Source: Camelus ferus
Taxonomy: Eukaryota
Assembly (NCBI RefSeq): GCF_009834535.1
Contig: NC_045696.1
Location: 120,468,001 to 120,532,000, forward strand
DNA: 64,000 bases
Direction: 5' to 3'
The notes beneath the pieces were generated by a model that had not been told where the DNA came from, made no database searches, and worked only from the letters and a program-made list of their open reading frames with translations. Every line of letters begins with the position of its first letter. Position 1 is the stretch's first letter. The translations under genes and the position numbers were made by a program. Shown here piece by piece: positions 22,712 through 34,815 of the stretch.

Positions 22712-24164
22712 GGAGGTGGGGAGACCAGGAGAAAAGGATGCTCATTGGTGGATGTGGCTTTATAACTAATCTATGTGGATTGGAGTTCGAATCTAGTTTC
22801 TTAATTTTTTAAACCTAGTACTCTAGAATCTTCTGAGTGATTCTTCATGCTCGTAATTTCTAAAACGTTTTCTTAGTTCATTTTTAGGAAGGAAGATGCT
22901 GTGTTTAAGATCATATGACTCATTTACTGGACGAGTCTATAACGACTAGGACTGGAGTCTTCTCCAGTCCTGGGGAAAGCAGTTGCAAATTAGAGCTATA
23001 GGCATATTTCCTGCAAATCAACCGCCCCATAGTTCTCATAACTCTTGAACTTTTACATTCCCTGGAATTTAGAAGAAAAGTCAGATGTGAGACCTTTTGC
23101 CCATATAAATAGACCCATTGACCGCCTTTAGATCGTTAAATGCCAGCTAATGAGCTCAGAATTCCTCACTGCCTCTCCAGCCCCACTCCCTCTTCTCCAC
23201 CTCATCCTCATTCTTGGAAGAGTGACCAGCGGTCCTTGTTTGCTTGAGACAATCCAGAGACTCGGCAATGGAGCCAGGAAAATTCAGGCAAACCAGGACG
23301 AGTTGGTCACTCCATGCTTGGGTGTTTCTTCCTTCCCCTCACTCAGCCAGCCTCGTTGTCCACCTCTCCTGGGGCTGGCACCTCCCCAGCACGTCCCTGA
23401 GCTGTGTTCTCTTTACTCTCCTCTTCCTCTCATTCAAAGTCACATATAAACATACATCGTATAAGAAGGCATCCTTAACTCTGCCGAGTCCCTGAACATC
23501 TCTTCCATAGCTCTTCCTGTCCATTGGTTTCTAAGTCCCATCCAAAGACTTCTTTGCCAGTTTATAATAGAATGAGACAGGTTATGCCAGTAGAGTCAAG
23601 GTTTCATAAAACTCAATTTATTCACCTTTAGGACTGCTTTTTACTCTCTGATTATGTCCTGAGTACATTTTTGTTCTTAAAATGTCCTTTGAGTGTCAGC
23701 TTTGGCACCAGAGCGTCTGGGTGAAAACCTAGAAGTACCGCTTGAGCCAGTGATGAATCTCTAAGCCTCCGTTCGCTCGCCTGTGAAGCAGAGCTGTCAT
23801 GGTGCACACCTATACTGTTGTATTTGCATCTTATGGATAAGATGACGCTTGAAAAGCACGTAGCCGACTCCCAGGCACAGAGTAATTATTAATAAATGAG
23901 AGCGCAGTTGTTGCTATGGTTACCCCCACCCCAATGATGGCCAGGTTTACTCCCGGCACCATTTAATGTCCTTACCTTGCGAAAGAAGTTAACCCTTTGT
24001 TGGTCCCTAAAAGTCTTAGTTGAAATACTCTGATCTGTAAACTTTCTGAGCCTGTGAGCCACAGCTCTGGAAGGTCCTATGTCCTTGGTTTCTAATTGCC
24101 TGACAAGAGGTCTCTTGTACCTGCCTTTCCAACTAGATTGTTGACTCTTTACAAGGTCGTTTAG

Positions 24165-24332
24165 AGCCGTGCTCCTCAAACTTTAATGTGCATACAAATC
24201 ACCTGGGGATTTTATCAAAATACAGATTCTGATTCTGTTGGTCTAGGGTGGGACCTGAGAGTCTGCGTTTCTGATAAGCTTCCAGCTGAAGGCGGCCCTG
24301 CTGCTCCAGCGATCCCCCTTTGGGTGGCAGAG
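24165..24332. mobile_element. MER5-family hAT-Charlie element
   Basis: ctcaaactttaatgtgcatacaaatcacctgggga...cagattctgattc...ggtctagggtgggacctgaga-tctgc-tttct. Confidence 0.75.
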
Positions 24333-24765
24333 ATTTAGAACAGTTACTTTCTTGACATGTGAACTCCTCTGTGCTTCAGCACACTCTGCAGACTTTTTAA
24401 CTCCCTGTCTCACTTCAGATCATCAGAGAACTCATAGCTCTGTTATCTTTGTGTTTTGTTTTGTTTTTTATTGAAGTATAATTGATTAAAATTCTGTTAG
24501 TTTCAGGTTTCCTGTTGTAATTTAATATGTAAGTTACTTGTAGATTAATACATAGATTTAATTAGTTCTGAAAACTGGAATTCCTTTTTCTCTTATGATA
24601 GTCCCATCACTTGTCAGTTTTGGATTGTGTGGGTGGGGGAAGTGGGCAATAAAATGAGTATTTCTCTTGCAACTGTTTCCTGGAATAACAATTTAGATCC
24701 ATATGCAGAAAGGTGGAAGTAGCCCAGCTCTCCTCACCTGGAGAATTGTCATCTGTGTTGGACAG

Positions 24766-24920
24766 GCCTCAATGCTCTCATCACTGTTGGTCTGGATGGA
24801 GCCACCAGCTCACATGACCTGGCTGACCTTCTCTACCTTGAGTTTGGGAAGGGATTTGAGTATAGGACCCAGCTCACTCTCGGAATGAGGGATCTTGGGA
24901 GCCGGCTGTCAAAGCACCTG
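24766..24920 (+). CDS. COL6A6: COL6A6 exon, VWA7 part 3, 155 nt, phase 1-0
   Basis: gacag|GC; encodes (G)LNALITVGLDG...EFGKGFEYRTQLTLGMRDLGSRLSKHL; donor CTG|gtaagt. This frame is not in the ORF track; read by hand. Confidence 0.88.
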
Positions 24921-27104
24921 GTAAGTTACTCAGAAGAGCCTGGTGAGTTTAACCTTTCTCTTTGCTTTGTGCATGGGTTTAATATTTATGCTTATGGATT
25001 TGAACTCACTTTGTCCGTTTGGGAGTGGCGTAAGGCTTTTCGGATTTAGAAAACAGCCCAAATACGAGGGTGTTTGGAAAGAAATGTGATGCAGTAGAGA
25101 GATGTCAAAGCACGTTCCATTTACGTGCTTGGCAAAAGCAGAAAAAACTCAATAGCACGTGCAGTCCTGCCCCTGTTAGTCAAACACACACACCAGAGTA
25201 TCTGGGGTGTGAGGGGTGAATTACCGACTCCCTCAGCCAGCCGCTTTTCATGTCCCTTGCAGACCCACGCTGAATGTAATTCTACTGCTTCAGATGAGTG
25301 TTTTCTCTGCACCATGGCTTATGAATGAGAGCCAGTTACATTTAGAGTTCAACTAGAGACAGGGCAGTCTGTTCCAGCCCGGGAGGAACAACCAGGGATG
25401 AGACGTTGGGCCTCCTTTGTTGCCCCTGATGATGGAAATGTTTTTAAAGGTTATCTTGACGGACCGCGGTCTTTGCCTTGGGATCTATTTTCAGAACCTC
25501 ACACCTCTAGGAGATCACAGTCGTATTTCTTTTAAATAGCAGGTCTTCTGATTAAATTATGCTGATTGCTGATCCTATTTAACAAAAAAGAAATGTATAA
25601 GAATTCAAATGAGATTAGTGACGTGTTACTAAGTTATCTGGCTCCACTTTTCACCTTAATGAATGGCTGATGGTTTGGAATTTGCTTATACTTTATAAAA
25701 TCTGTAATCAGCATATCAATATTCCAATAAAATTCTAGCTCCTGCTTCTTTCTGCCTCTAGAATTTGTGTATGCATATTTGAACGAAGTTTGTTCAGTGT
25801 AATAACTGCATAAAAATAATTAGGGAAATGCATGTTTTGTTGTCATTCCTTTCTACATGGGAGGACGGCATCTGTTTTACAAAAAAAAAAAAGATTCTGT
25901 CTACTGCCCTTTGAAATCCGTATTGGTGTAATTCACAGAGGGAGGAAGTTATTCTTCAAAACAAGCCTGTTATTTTTTAGATAGCACATCACACTGTATA
26001 AGAAAAACTTAATTTTAGAAATCGCCAGTTTTCATGTTAACAGAAAAGGATTTGGTGCGGTAGGATTTTAGTGATCCAAATAAAATGCGTAATTATCTAA
26101 TATGAGAGCACGGAACCCATTTTGTTGTTGTTAGTATTTGGTTTCACACATTTCAGGTTTTATTGGGTTTTCTGAGGTTTTCGGGCAGAAGAATTTTCTC
26201 ATGTCAGAAGAGAAACATTATAAAATGAAGAGGGGACATAGCCAAAGTTTTTCTTTTTCATCACACTAGAATTTTGATGAGAAACATCTCAACACAGAGA
26301 GTGATTCTAGCCCAACTAAGGCAAAAATGTGGCATTTATTGCAAACAGAATTTTCCTTAAAATAAATCTTGTGGGTTAACTGTAAAAATGCACAGGAATA
26401 TGTCAGTGATCCCGGGAATGACTAACTAGGACCAGAATGAAATTTATTCATTTTACAAGGTATGTAGCATGTGCTTTTGGCCAGAGAATAAAATTTGGCT
26501 AGAGTGTCAGATCTCTCTGTGCCTTCACCCTACACACCAAGTGCTTCTGAAATGTTGAATATGCAATTGGTGTGTTTGAAATCCTGCCACACACAAACTG
26601 CTCTGGAAGTGCTTACCACTGGACTCCGTTCCAAGAACGTGACATTGAACACTAAGTCCTCTAGCAAACAAAGATTTCACCAAATAGTGAGAGGAGAAAA
26701 CAGCATGCTTTCATTTTACTGAGCAAAATACTGGGGGCAGAATGATACAGGGTAATTAACAGTCCCAGGGCCAATGCTGGGATGGTGTGAGCGCAGGAAA
26801 TCCCATGAATAAATTAGCCTGCATTGCTGTACAGGGGAAACTAACATTGTAAATCGACTACACTCCCATAAAAAATAAGAATTGAAAAAATTAGCATGCA
26901 GTGAGCTGGCCATGGTTAAACGGATACCATTTTATGAACCCAAAAACCTCTTTGAGTTGATTCTGAATCCCTCATATGGTGGGGAATGTGGCTCACAGAA
27001 AGATGGGCGCGAAGGAATGCCTCATGCTTCTCTCTGGAGCAGTCACTGTGGTAGGAGCAGGCTTCCGAAGCTGTCGGGGAAGTCTGCATCACATCCCTGA
27101 GCCT

Positions 27105-27120
27105 GTGTGTGAGTGAGAGT

Positions 27121-27156
<36 letters not shown>
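27105..27156 (+). repeat. (GT)/(GA)n microsatellite ending about 50 nt upstream of an exon
   Basis: gtgtgtgagtgagagtgagagtga(ga)n. Confidence 0.9.
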
Positions 27157-27158
<2 letters not shown>

Positions 27159-27206
27159 TTTGGGAAGCAGTGTTGCCAACTGTAATGTGTTTCCTCCCTT
27201 CCCAAG

Positions 27207-27299
27207 GTCAATGTTGCAGAAAGGACATGCTGCTGTCTGTTCTGCAAGTGCATTGGAGGAGATGGTACCGTGGGAGACCCTGGACCACCAGGAAAAAAG
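27207..27299 (+). CDS. COL6A6: COL6A6 exon, Cys-rich linker and start of triple helix, 93 nt
   Basis: cccaag|GTC; VNVAERTCCCLFCKCI-GGDGTVGDPGPPGKK; donor AAG|gtgatt. Confidence 0.9.
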
Positions 27300-28379
27300 G
27301 TGATTTTAATTAAGATCATGGCTCACTTTATTTGATTGTAGTATGTCTTTCCCACATGGGTTTAGGTAGAAATATGGGGTGTTTTTAACTTCTAGGGTAG
27401 AGTCCCTGAGGTAACCATTTATCCTGCTCATCTTTTTATAGGTCAGATTAGATACTCATGGCTTTTTCTCAGCATCCTACCTTAGAGCCTTTTAAAAACA
27501 TTTTTAGACAAGTATCAGGAGAAAAACTGCCAAGATCATTGATTATCCAGTGTTCTTGCAGTGATGACAATGATGCAGGAAAAACATCTGTGATCTCTCC
27601 TGTTGAATAATGAAAACCTCCTGAAATGCTGACACGTTTTCTCAGTTTCCCTTGTTAGTGGCTGCAGAGTCATTTAAATCAAGCAGGGAGTATGTTGTGT
27701 AGTCCCCTGAAAATCAGGCCAGATCACATCACCCTAGCATAGCAAAAGATGCTAAGATGTTTCCTTTGGTTCTAGCCAGACCAAAATGTTGCCACAGATA
27801 TATAAAAACAGGCCAATTAGGAAAACAATAACCAACAACAGATTTGTGTATTTCCTAACTCAAAGAAGTGGATGCATTGTAATGTAAAAATGTGATTTGG
27901 GGCTTGAGAAAATGTTCCGATGTGTATAAACGTACTATGGATGGATGTGTTTAATAAGTTCATTTCTGCCTATTTACATGTGTGTTTGATTTTTGAATAA
28001 TTTATGCATAGCACTGGGACTTGAAAATCACCATGGCTGTGTCTCTGAAGAAAGTTTTTGGACTAATTATTTCCTGAATGCTTCAACTTTCTTTAAAGAG
28101 AATGGTAGATTTTTTTTTTTTTTTAACGGAGGTACAGAAGATTGAACTGACAACCTACCCTCCCCCCAGATTTCTTTTTTATAAAACAGATCTCAGGAAA
28201 AAATGGAAAGAAATCTTGTGTGGTCTGTTTTTTTATGTGTAGCATAAATCCTCCAAAAGACTTTTAATGAAAAGAGGATGATTTTAGTCTGTCAGGGGGC
28301 AAATAGAGGTATGTGCATTTGAAAGTTTGGGAAAAAACTTCGGTTCAATTTAGAGAGGGTTATGGGCAATATTATGATT

Positions 28380-28410
28380 CACACACACGCGCGCGCACAC
28401 ACACACACAC
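28380..28410 (+). repeat. Compound (CA)n(CG)n(CA)n microsatellite
   Basis: cacacacacgcgcgcgcacacacacacacac. Confidence 0.9.
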
Positions 28411-28621
28411 CCCCTTGAGTTATCTGGATACTTGTCTCGAAATTCCTTTTATTTTCACGTGCATCAATGCAGCTTAGGCTGTGGAAGGAAGACCTTTTTT
28501 TTCCCCCCAAGCTCGTACTATTCTATATAAAGTCAAACTGTAAAGTAGAAGAGTTCTGCCTGATTACCCCTGGCAGTTGGTCTGTGAGGTGCTAATGTAT
28601 TCTTCCTTTCCTTATTTGCAG

Positions 28622-28675
28622 GGACCCCCAGGCTTTAAAGGCAGTGAAGGCTACCTGGGAGAGGAAGGCATTGCT
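28622..28675 (+). CDS. COL6A6: COL6A6 collagenous exon, 54 nt
   Basis: ttgcag|GPPGFKGSEGYLGEEGIA|gtaagt. Confidence 0.92.
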
Positions 28676-30357
28676 GTAAGTCTGTTTCTTTCAGCTCCAT
28701 TTATTCCTAAGAGCTGATCTGCCGTATTGAAGTCATTTGTATCAAGCCAGCGGGAAGCAGGGAAAGTCTGGGTTCTAAAGATTCGTGCGCAAGATCTGAG
28801 GCCTTTCCTAGTCCTCCTCAGGCTGCTGGTGGTCACGAGGGTTTCCTTCACCTGCCGTGTCCTCTCTGAGTATCCACCGATATCGTCTGACAAACTCAGT
28901 GCAAGGGTTATCTTTTCACCAGGGGAGTCAAATCACTGCCATTTCCCCCTTTCTAATTCATTTTGCACAAGTAGACCAGCTCACCACACTGTTTATCTCA
29001 CTTTTTCCTGCATCCGTTCATCCTTTTCTCCTTCCTTCCTTCCACCCATTCAGTTAACAAGTGTATATTAAGAATCTTACCATTGACAACATTATTTATC
29101 AAAGACCTCACTCATAAATGAACTCATCATTCATTTAACAAGTGTGTATTAATGCATCTTACCCTGAGCCCGGTGCAATGCCAGTCCCTAGAAATAAAAA
29201 GAAAGAAAGAAAAAAAACATGGGTTCCTCTCTCAGGTAACTTCCAGGCTGGTAGAAAGACAAAGGGGACAATAGTATTTCCAGTTACTCTACACAAGGAC
29301 TGTACTCGAGGTGTTATGAGGGGGGCAGTGTGGCAGAGTGTGTCTGTGCAAATACTAAACAGTGTCAAGTAACAGCCCTGATGACAGCTGGGGTTTGGGT
29401 GAGGAAGACTGCAGATAGGAGTAATGTCTGGGCCAGCATCTGAAGGACAGATGGAACCAGGTGAAGTCTGTAAGGGAAGAAAGTTCAACTACAGAGAGAA
29501 CAGTGTGTCCAAGGGTGTGTAACTGAGAGAGCTGTGTGTTTGCAGAATGACCCGTGGTCACTGTGGCTGGGAACCCAGGACACAGTGAGAGCAGGCTACG
29601 TGGCGAGATGTTGGGGGGTGTCGGATACCCTGCAGAAGACTTGGATGGTGGCTTCCAGTTGATGGGCAGCCAGGGAATGATGTTAAGCCCAGAAGTGTGA
29701 ATGGTTAGGGGACTGGTTTAGAAAGCGTGCGGAGGCGACATCATGGGGGATGGTAAGGCGGTGGTTACGGGCAGGGGTCTTGCAGGAGTAGGTTGTAGGG
29801 CAGTGAGGATGGATGTGTTAAGGTGGTTGAACAGACATAACTTGGTGACCACCTGGGGGAGAGAAGCTAAGGATGGCATCTTTGTTCCAGCTCACAAGAC
29901 TGCCCAGACTGGTGGGGTTACCAAGACAGGGATTGCAGGAGTTTTTGGCTTAAGGAAGAAAGAGAAGGGAGGTAGAATTTGGTCTAGAAATCTGCCTCCT
30001 GCTTCATCCTACCTAGAGCATCCTTCCTTCTCTGATGTCTCACCAGCTCTTCGTTATCAGTTCCTGGAATATCTCCTGAAGCCCTGAGAGTGCATGTTAG
30101 CTGCCAGTCGTTTGTGTGTGTGTTTCCTTTAGATTACCGCCACACCCTGGGAAGTGTCCAGGTGGGGTTTAACACAAAGGGCTGTCATCAGAGGAGCTCT
30201 GATTTACTTTCATCCTCAGGTTTTATAAGCCTGAGTTCTATAGATTGTAAACTATGAGCAGTCACATTTTTTTTTCCAACACGAAAGTTGTCAGATTTCC
30301 AAGACAGATTCCAGGCAACAGTAGACAAAGCTTATGTGGATCTGTGCTCTTTCTCAG

Positions 30358-30429
30358 GGAGAAAGAGGAGCGCCTGGACCAGTGGGAGAGCAGGGCGCTA
30401 AGGGATGCTATGGCGCCCGGGGTCCGAAG
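30358..30429 (+). CDS. COL6A6: COL6A6 collagenous exon, 72 nt (contains the helix Cys)
   Basis: tctcag|GERGAPGPVGEQGAKGCYGARGPK|gtaagg. Confidence 0.92.
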
Positions 30430-30515
30430 GTAAGGGCCGCTCGGGACGCTGTGAAGTCTTCTCAGCGTTAACTCCGCGTGCCTGCGCTAACCCCGATTGT
30501 CTTTTCTGTTTTCAG

Positions 30516-30542
30516 GGACACAAGGGACTAAATGGACAGGAG
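30516..30542 (+). CDS. COL6A6: COL6A6 collagenous micro-exon, 27 nt
   Basis: tttcag|GHKGLNGQE|gtatgg; branch-point-like cgctaac at about 30485-30491. Confidence 0.88.
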
Positions 30543-30867
30543 GTATGGTGCCAGACATCATTCATCTGCCTCTGTTTCTAGGAATAGGTTTATTTGAGAT
30601 GACTGACCAGTAGATTGCACAAAGGAAGTTTCTGTTGACCTTCCTTTTTTTTTTTTATTGCTTACTGTTTGATTTTGTTTACTCCTGCCCTTTATTGCAG
30701 TCAATGTGTATTATTTGTGGACAGTTTCTATTACTCAATAATCTTTTATGTTACCCAGGGCCAGCCTAGCAAAGAGGCTGTCTCCAAAACACAAAATCAG
30801 ACTTTTTGTCTGGCTTCTCTCCACATAAATGCAATGCCCTCTATTCTGATCACATCTGTCTTTTCAG

Positions 30868-30912
30868 GGAGAAGTTGGGGAAAGCGGAATTGATGGGTTA
30901 AATGGAGAAAAG
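30868..30912 (+). CDS. COL6A6: COL6A6 collagenous exon, 45 nt
   Basis: tttcag|GEVGESGIDGLNGEK|gtagag. Confidence 0.9.
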
Positions 30913-31003
30913 GTAGAGCCTTCCCTTTGTACCACAAAGGTCCTTCTGAGCTATGTCTCGTTAAGAAAATGGGAATTTGAGTTTATTCTTTTCTGTTTTT
31001 TAG

Positions 31004-31057
31004 GGTGACGATGGTCTCCCTGGAGCAAAAGGAGAAAAAGGTGATGATGGAGTCCAG
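31004..31057 (+). CDS. COL6A6: COL6A6 collagenous exon, 54 nt
   Basis: ttttag|GDDGLPGAKGEKGDDGVQ|gtaggg. Confidence 0.92.
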
Positions 31058-31922
31058 GTAGGGATTCAATAAAGAGACAACATGGGAATTAAAAGTGTGA
31101 TTAACAGAGTAGAAGGGCCACCCCAGGGGTATCAGTCAGCTTTGCAATGATGACGGAACCTCCGCTGCATGTAATAATAAACATTTATGTGTCTGAGAAG
31201 TTCAGCTGCTCTCAGCTGGTCATGACCTTGGCTCATGTGTCTGTAGGTTCGCTGGGGGCTTCGTTTCACTTGCCTCTTTTCCTCCTGGGACCACAGTCTT
31301 GGTGCTGGGCAGTACACCGAGTGTGTGTGCCACTCCCTCCCTCAGGAACAAATCCCAGAGCAGCCATACTTCCACTACCCACTTTATCTGTCATGAAAGG
31401 ATGAGCAGTGGAGTCAGGAACTTGCTTTCTAGCTGATGCAGCCCCTTTGGGGAAAATGGATAATCTCTCGGAACCTCAGCTGCCTCGCCAAGAGAAAGAT
31501 AAACTATACCTGGTTTATAAAGAAGCTGTAAAAACTGAGCAAGACAACAAATGTGTCTGGAACACATTGTTCACCACTGTGGCCAATAATTGAGGTCACT
31601 TTCTCTTTTCTTGATTGAAGTAGAGTTGATTTACAATATTATGTATGGCAAAGTGATATATCTATTCTTTTTCAGATTTCAGGTTATTACAAGATAGTGA
31701 ATACAGTTCCCTGTGCTGTGTAGTAGGACCTTATTTATGAGGTCACTCTTAAATTACTTGTATGATGCCTGAAACTATGGGCTATTCCTCTTTCCAGTTT
31801 AGAAATAACTTTAGTAGAAAAATACTTAACAATTGAAATCAGGGAGAAGGTAAGCTCTTTGTTTTTATTAGTGTTATTTAAAATTCTTATGTTGTCCTTC
31901 TTCTGATTTGTGTTAACTTTAG

Positions 31923-31985
31923 GGAATCCCAGGAGAGAGAGGGATTTCCGGGGACCATGGAGCAAAGGGCCTGCGAGGAGATCGT
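31923..31985 (+). CDS. COL6A6: COL6A6 collagenous exon, 63 nt (contains RGD)
   Basis: ctttag|GIPGERGISGDHGAKGLRGDR|gtaagt. Confidence 0.92.
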
Positions 31986-32624
31986 GTAAGTGCTGGGGCT
32001 GCGGGGCTGCAAACTAACATCAGGGCTCGCCGTTTCCCGTCAGCACTTCTGATGGAGAGAGAGCCCACTTTAAATTACCACAATAGCAAATCTGAGTTGA
32101 AATCATTGTGGGCACAACTGTTGTAGAATTTTTAAAGTAGGTCCCTTGTGCTAGGTCCTCTTCATATATGGGATGAGTGCGGGCAGTGAGAAGCCCTGGG
32201 ACATCTTTTGCATGTGTATTTTTTGCAACTGTCCTTGTGCTTCAGAGCTATGAAGGAATTCCACTCCATTCCATTGTCTTCCTCTGGGTTCCTCAAAATA
32301 TGGACAGAATGAAAGAAACAAAGCCATCTCTTTTGTCTATTCTCCAAGAGTCTTTCTCACTTAAGAAGATTAGCTTCATTTCCTTCAATCCAAGCCAGCT
32401 AAGAGGACAGGAAGCAAAACTGAGGACACAAAGGCACCTGCTTTCAGGGGGACACACCTCAGTGGGGATGGCTTGACCTACACTGGAAGGAGCATGAGGC
32501 ACATCAGTCCAGGGACTGTGCTGTGTCCGGTGGGACATATATGATGTGTAGTACTATAGGGATTCCACCACCATGCCCACTCCTAATGAGTGAGAATTGA
32601 GGTTTGTTTTCAAATGTTTATGAA

Positions 32625-33600
32625 ACTTTTTAAAACTGAGATATAATTGACATACAGCATTGTGTAAGTTTGAGGTGTACAATGTGTTGATACATTTGTA
32701 TAGTTGGTTTGATATATATACATATTATAATAGGATTACCACCATAGTGTCAGGTAACTCCTTGATCATGTCACATAATTATCATTTCTTTCATGTGATG
32801 AGAATGTCTAAGATCTAGTTTCTTAGTAACTTGGAAGTATAGGCTACAGTAGTGCTGTCTGTAATCACCATGCTGTGCATTAGCTCTCACAGACTTACTA
32901 TTAAGCTGTCGTGTGCATCAGAAAAGTACACAGATTATAAACGCACAGCTTGATGAATACAAATACACCTGTGCACTCACCACACAGGGGAAGAAATAAA
33001 ACATCGGACCACAATAGAGTATCCCAGAATCCCCTCATGTCCACTCCAGTCCCACCAGCCCCCCAAGCTCATCACCATACCAGGATCATAAATTAGTTTT
33101 ATCTGTTACTGAACTTTTAAGTGGAATCATACACACTTTGATTTCTGGCTTCTTTTGCCCAAGTATATGCTTGTGCAATTATTCGTTGTTGCTGTGGATA
33201 ATATAATAACGATATTCATTGAGTCTCGTTGCTGTATAATATTCCATTGTGTGAATATACCATGATTTATTTATCCATTCTGCTATTGATAAATATTTGG
33301 GTTATTCCCACATTTTGCTTTTATAAATAGTGCTGCTGTGAACAGTCTTGTACATGTCTTTCAGTGGACTTTTGTACAATTTTCTATTGAGTCTATACTT
33401 AAGGAGTAGAATGTCTGGATTATAACTTGTTCATCTATATTCAGCTTAAGTCTTGGCAGCCAAACAGTTTCAACAGTTTGAACTGTTCACACTCCCACCA
33501 TCAGTGGACCAGATTGGTCTACTACACCCATCAGAAAGCCTAAAACTTATAAAAACTGACAATAGCAAGTGTTGCTAAGGATGTAGGGCAGCGAGGAATG
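32625..33600 (-). mobile_element. Cluster of older L1M 3' fragments
   Basis: gagatataattgacatacagcattgtgtaagtt...; attccattgtgtgaatataccat...tatccattc...aaatagtgctgctgtgaaca. Confidence 0.7.
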
Positions 33601-33871
33601 TCAGAGGACCCTGTCTTTACTACCTTCTCCTCCAGTGCACAGCAGGTTGGTGAGAGAAAGAATTGGGTACAGTATATATTAACAAATGCCCATGCTACAT
33701 ATGCATGGGAGATATCTGTTGAAAAAGCAGAAGAATTTGCACTTGAAGACAACGTTGTTTACCAAGTGCCATCTTCTGATAATAGTCTGGTGACCTGAGA
33801 GTTTTCAAACTTCAGAGTGTCTAATTAGAAATCTATCCACAAATAAGGATAATTAAGAAATAGTAGTTCAG

Positions 33872-34037
33872 GGGGGAGGGTATAGCTCAGGGCTAAAGCA
33901 CATGTTTAGCATGCATGAGGTCCTGGATTGAGGTCCCCCAGTACATCTCGTAAAATAGATAAATAAGTAAAAATAACCTAATTACCTTCCCCAAGCCCCA
34001 CCCCCCAAAAAAAGGAAAACAAAGATTTTTTAATGAA
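33872..34037 (+). mobile_element. tRNA-derived SINE (Vic-1-like) with 17-bp TSD
   Basis: Flanked by aagaaatagtagttcag at 33855-33871 and 34038-34054. Confidence 0.88.
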
Positions 34038-34065
34038 AAGAAATAGTAGTTCAGAATATATGTAT

Positions 34066-34200
34066 GGGGGTGAGGGTATAGCGCAAGTGGTAGAGTGCAT
34101 GGTTAGCATGCATGAGGTCCTGGGTTCAATCCCCAGTACCTCCTCCAAGAATAAATAAACCTAATTACCTCCCTCCACCAAAAAACAAAACAAAACAAAA
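34066..34200 (+). mobile_element. tRNA-derived SINE (Vic-1-like) with 15-bp TSD
   Basis: Flanked by cagaatatatgtatg at 34052-34066 and 34201-34215. Confidence 0.9.
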
Positions 34201-34203
34201 CAG

Positions 34204-34298
34204 AATATATGTATGTACATGCATGACTGGGACATTGTGCTGTACACCAGAGAGTGACACATTGTAACTGAGTGTACTTCAATTAAAAAAAAAAAAAA
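34204..34298 (+). mobile_element. Very short L1 3' terminus with poly(A)
   Basis: atgcatgactgggacattgtgctgtacaccagaga-tgacac-ttgtaactga-tgtacttcaatt(A)n; reverse complement of the L1 end at about 13065-13140. Confidence 0.85.
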
Positions 34299-34749
34299 GA
34301 AATAGTAGTTCAGTTACAATGACATTCCAGTTATCTGTACATGAGAGCCAAAAATACACTTGGGGTACTGCTGTAAAATCACCCTTCCCTTTAATCAGAA
34401 TCCCCCCAATTGTCTGCTAAACTGCCTGTACCTCCATTAAATACATAAATAAACAAACAAGGGTTGTCCTTCCCACAAGCCCTGTCACCTTAAGTCCCTT
34501 GGCTGTGCCTCCCACAGTGACTGTTCTCTGTACCCCACACATTCCCCTCATCTCTTCCGATCATACAGAGCACAAGAGGAGAAGAAAACACTTGTAAACC
34601 GTTGATAACTTTAATCTTTTTCTGTTTTCAAATGAGTGGGCCTTCTCTTGTCACTTTTTGGGAGGATGTCAAGATGGGTTATACATTGCATTTTTAAGGA
34701 AAAATGTTCCAGGCCTATTAATGCTTTCTCTCTATTTTCTATTTTTTAG

Positions 34750-34815
34750 GGCGTTCCTGGATTTGACAATAGCATAGAAGGACCCACGGGCTTGAAAGGA
34801 GAACGTGGAAGAGAA
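34750..34815 (+). CDS. COL6A6: COL6A6 collagenous exon, 66 nt (Gly-X-Y interruption)
   Basis: ttttag|GVPGFD-NSIE-GPTGLKGERGRE|gtaact. Confidence 0.9.

Noticed and set aside
31843..31849. cag|GGAGAAG|gtaagc, a possible Gly-starting micro-exon
   Set aside because: It is only 7 nt (frameshifting), has no pyrimidine tract upstream, and the helix is already continuous without it. At most it is a cryptic donor.
33855..34313. Three spaced 17-bp direct repeats resembling a CRISPR-like array
   Set aside because: The context is mammalian, the spacers are SINE/L1 bodies of unequal length, and the repeats are explained as target-site duplications.
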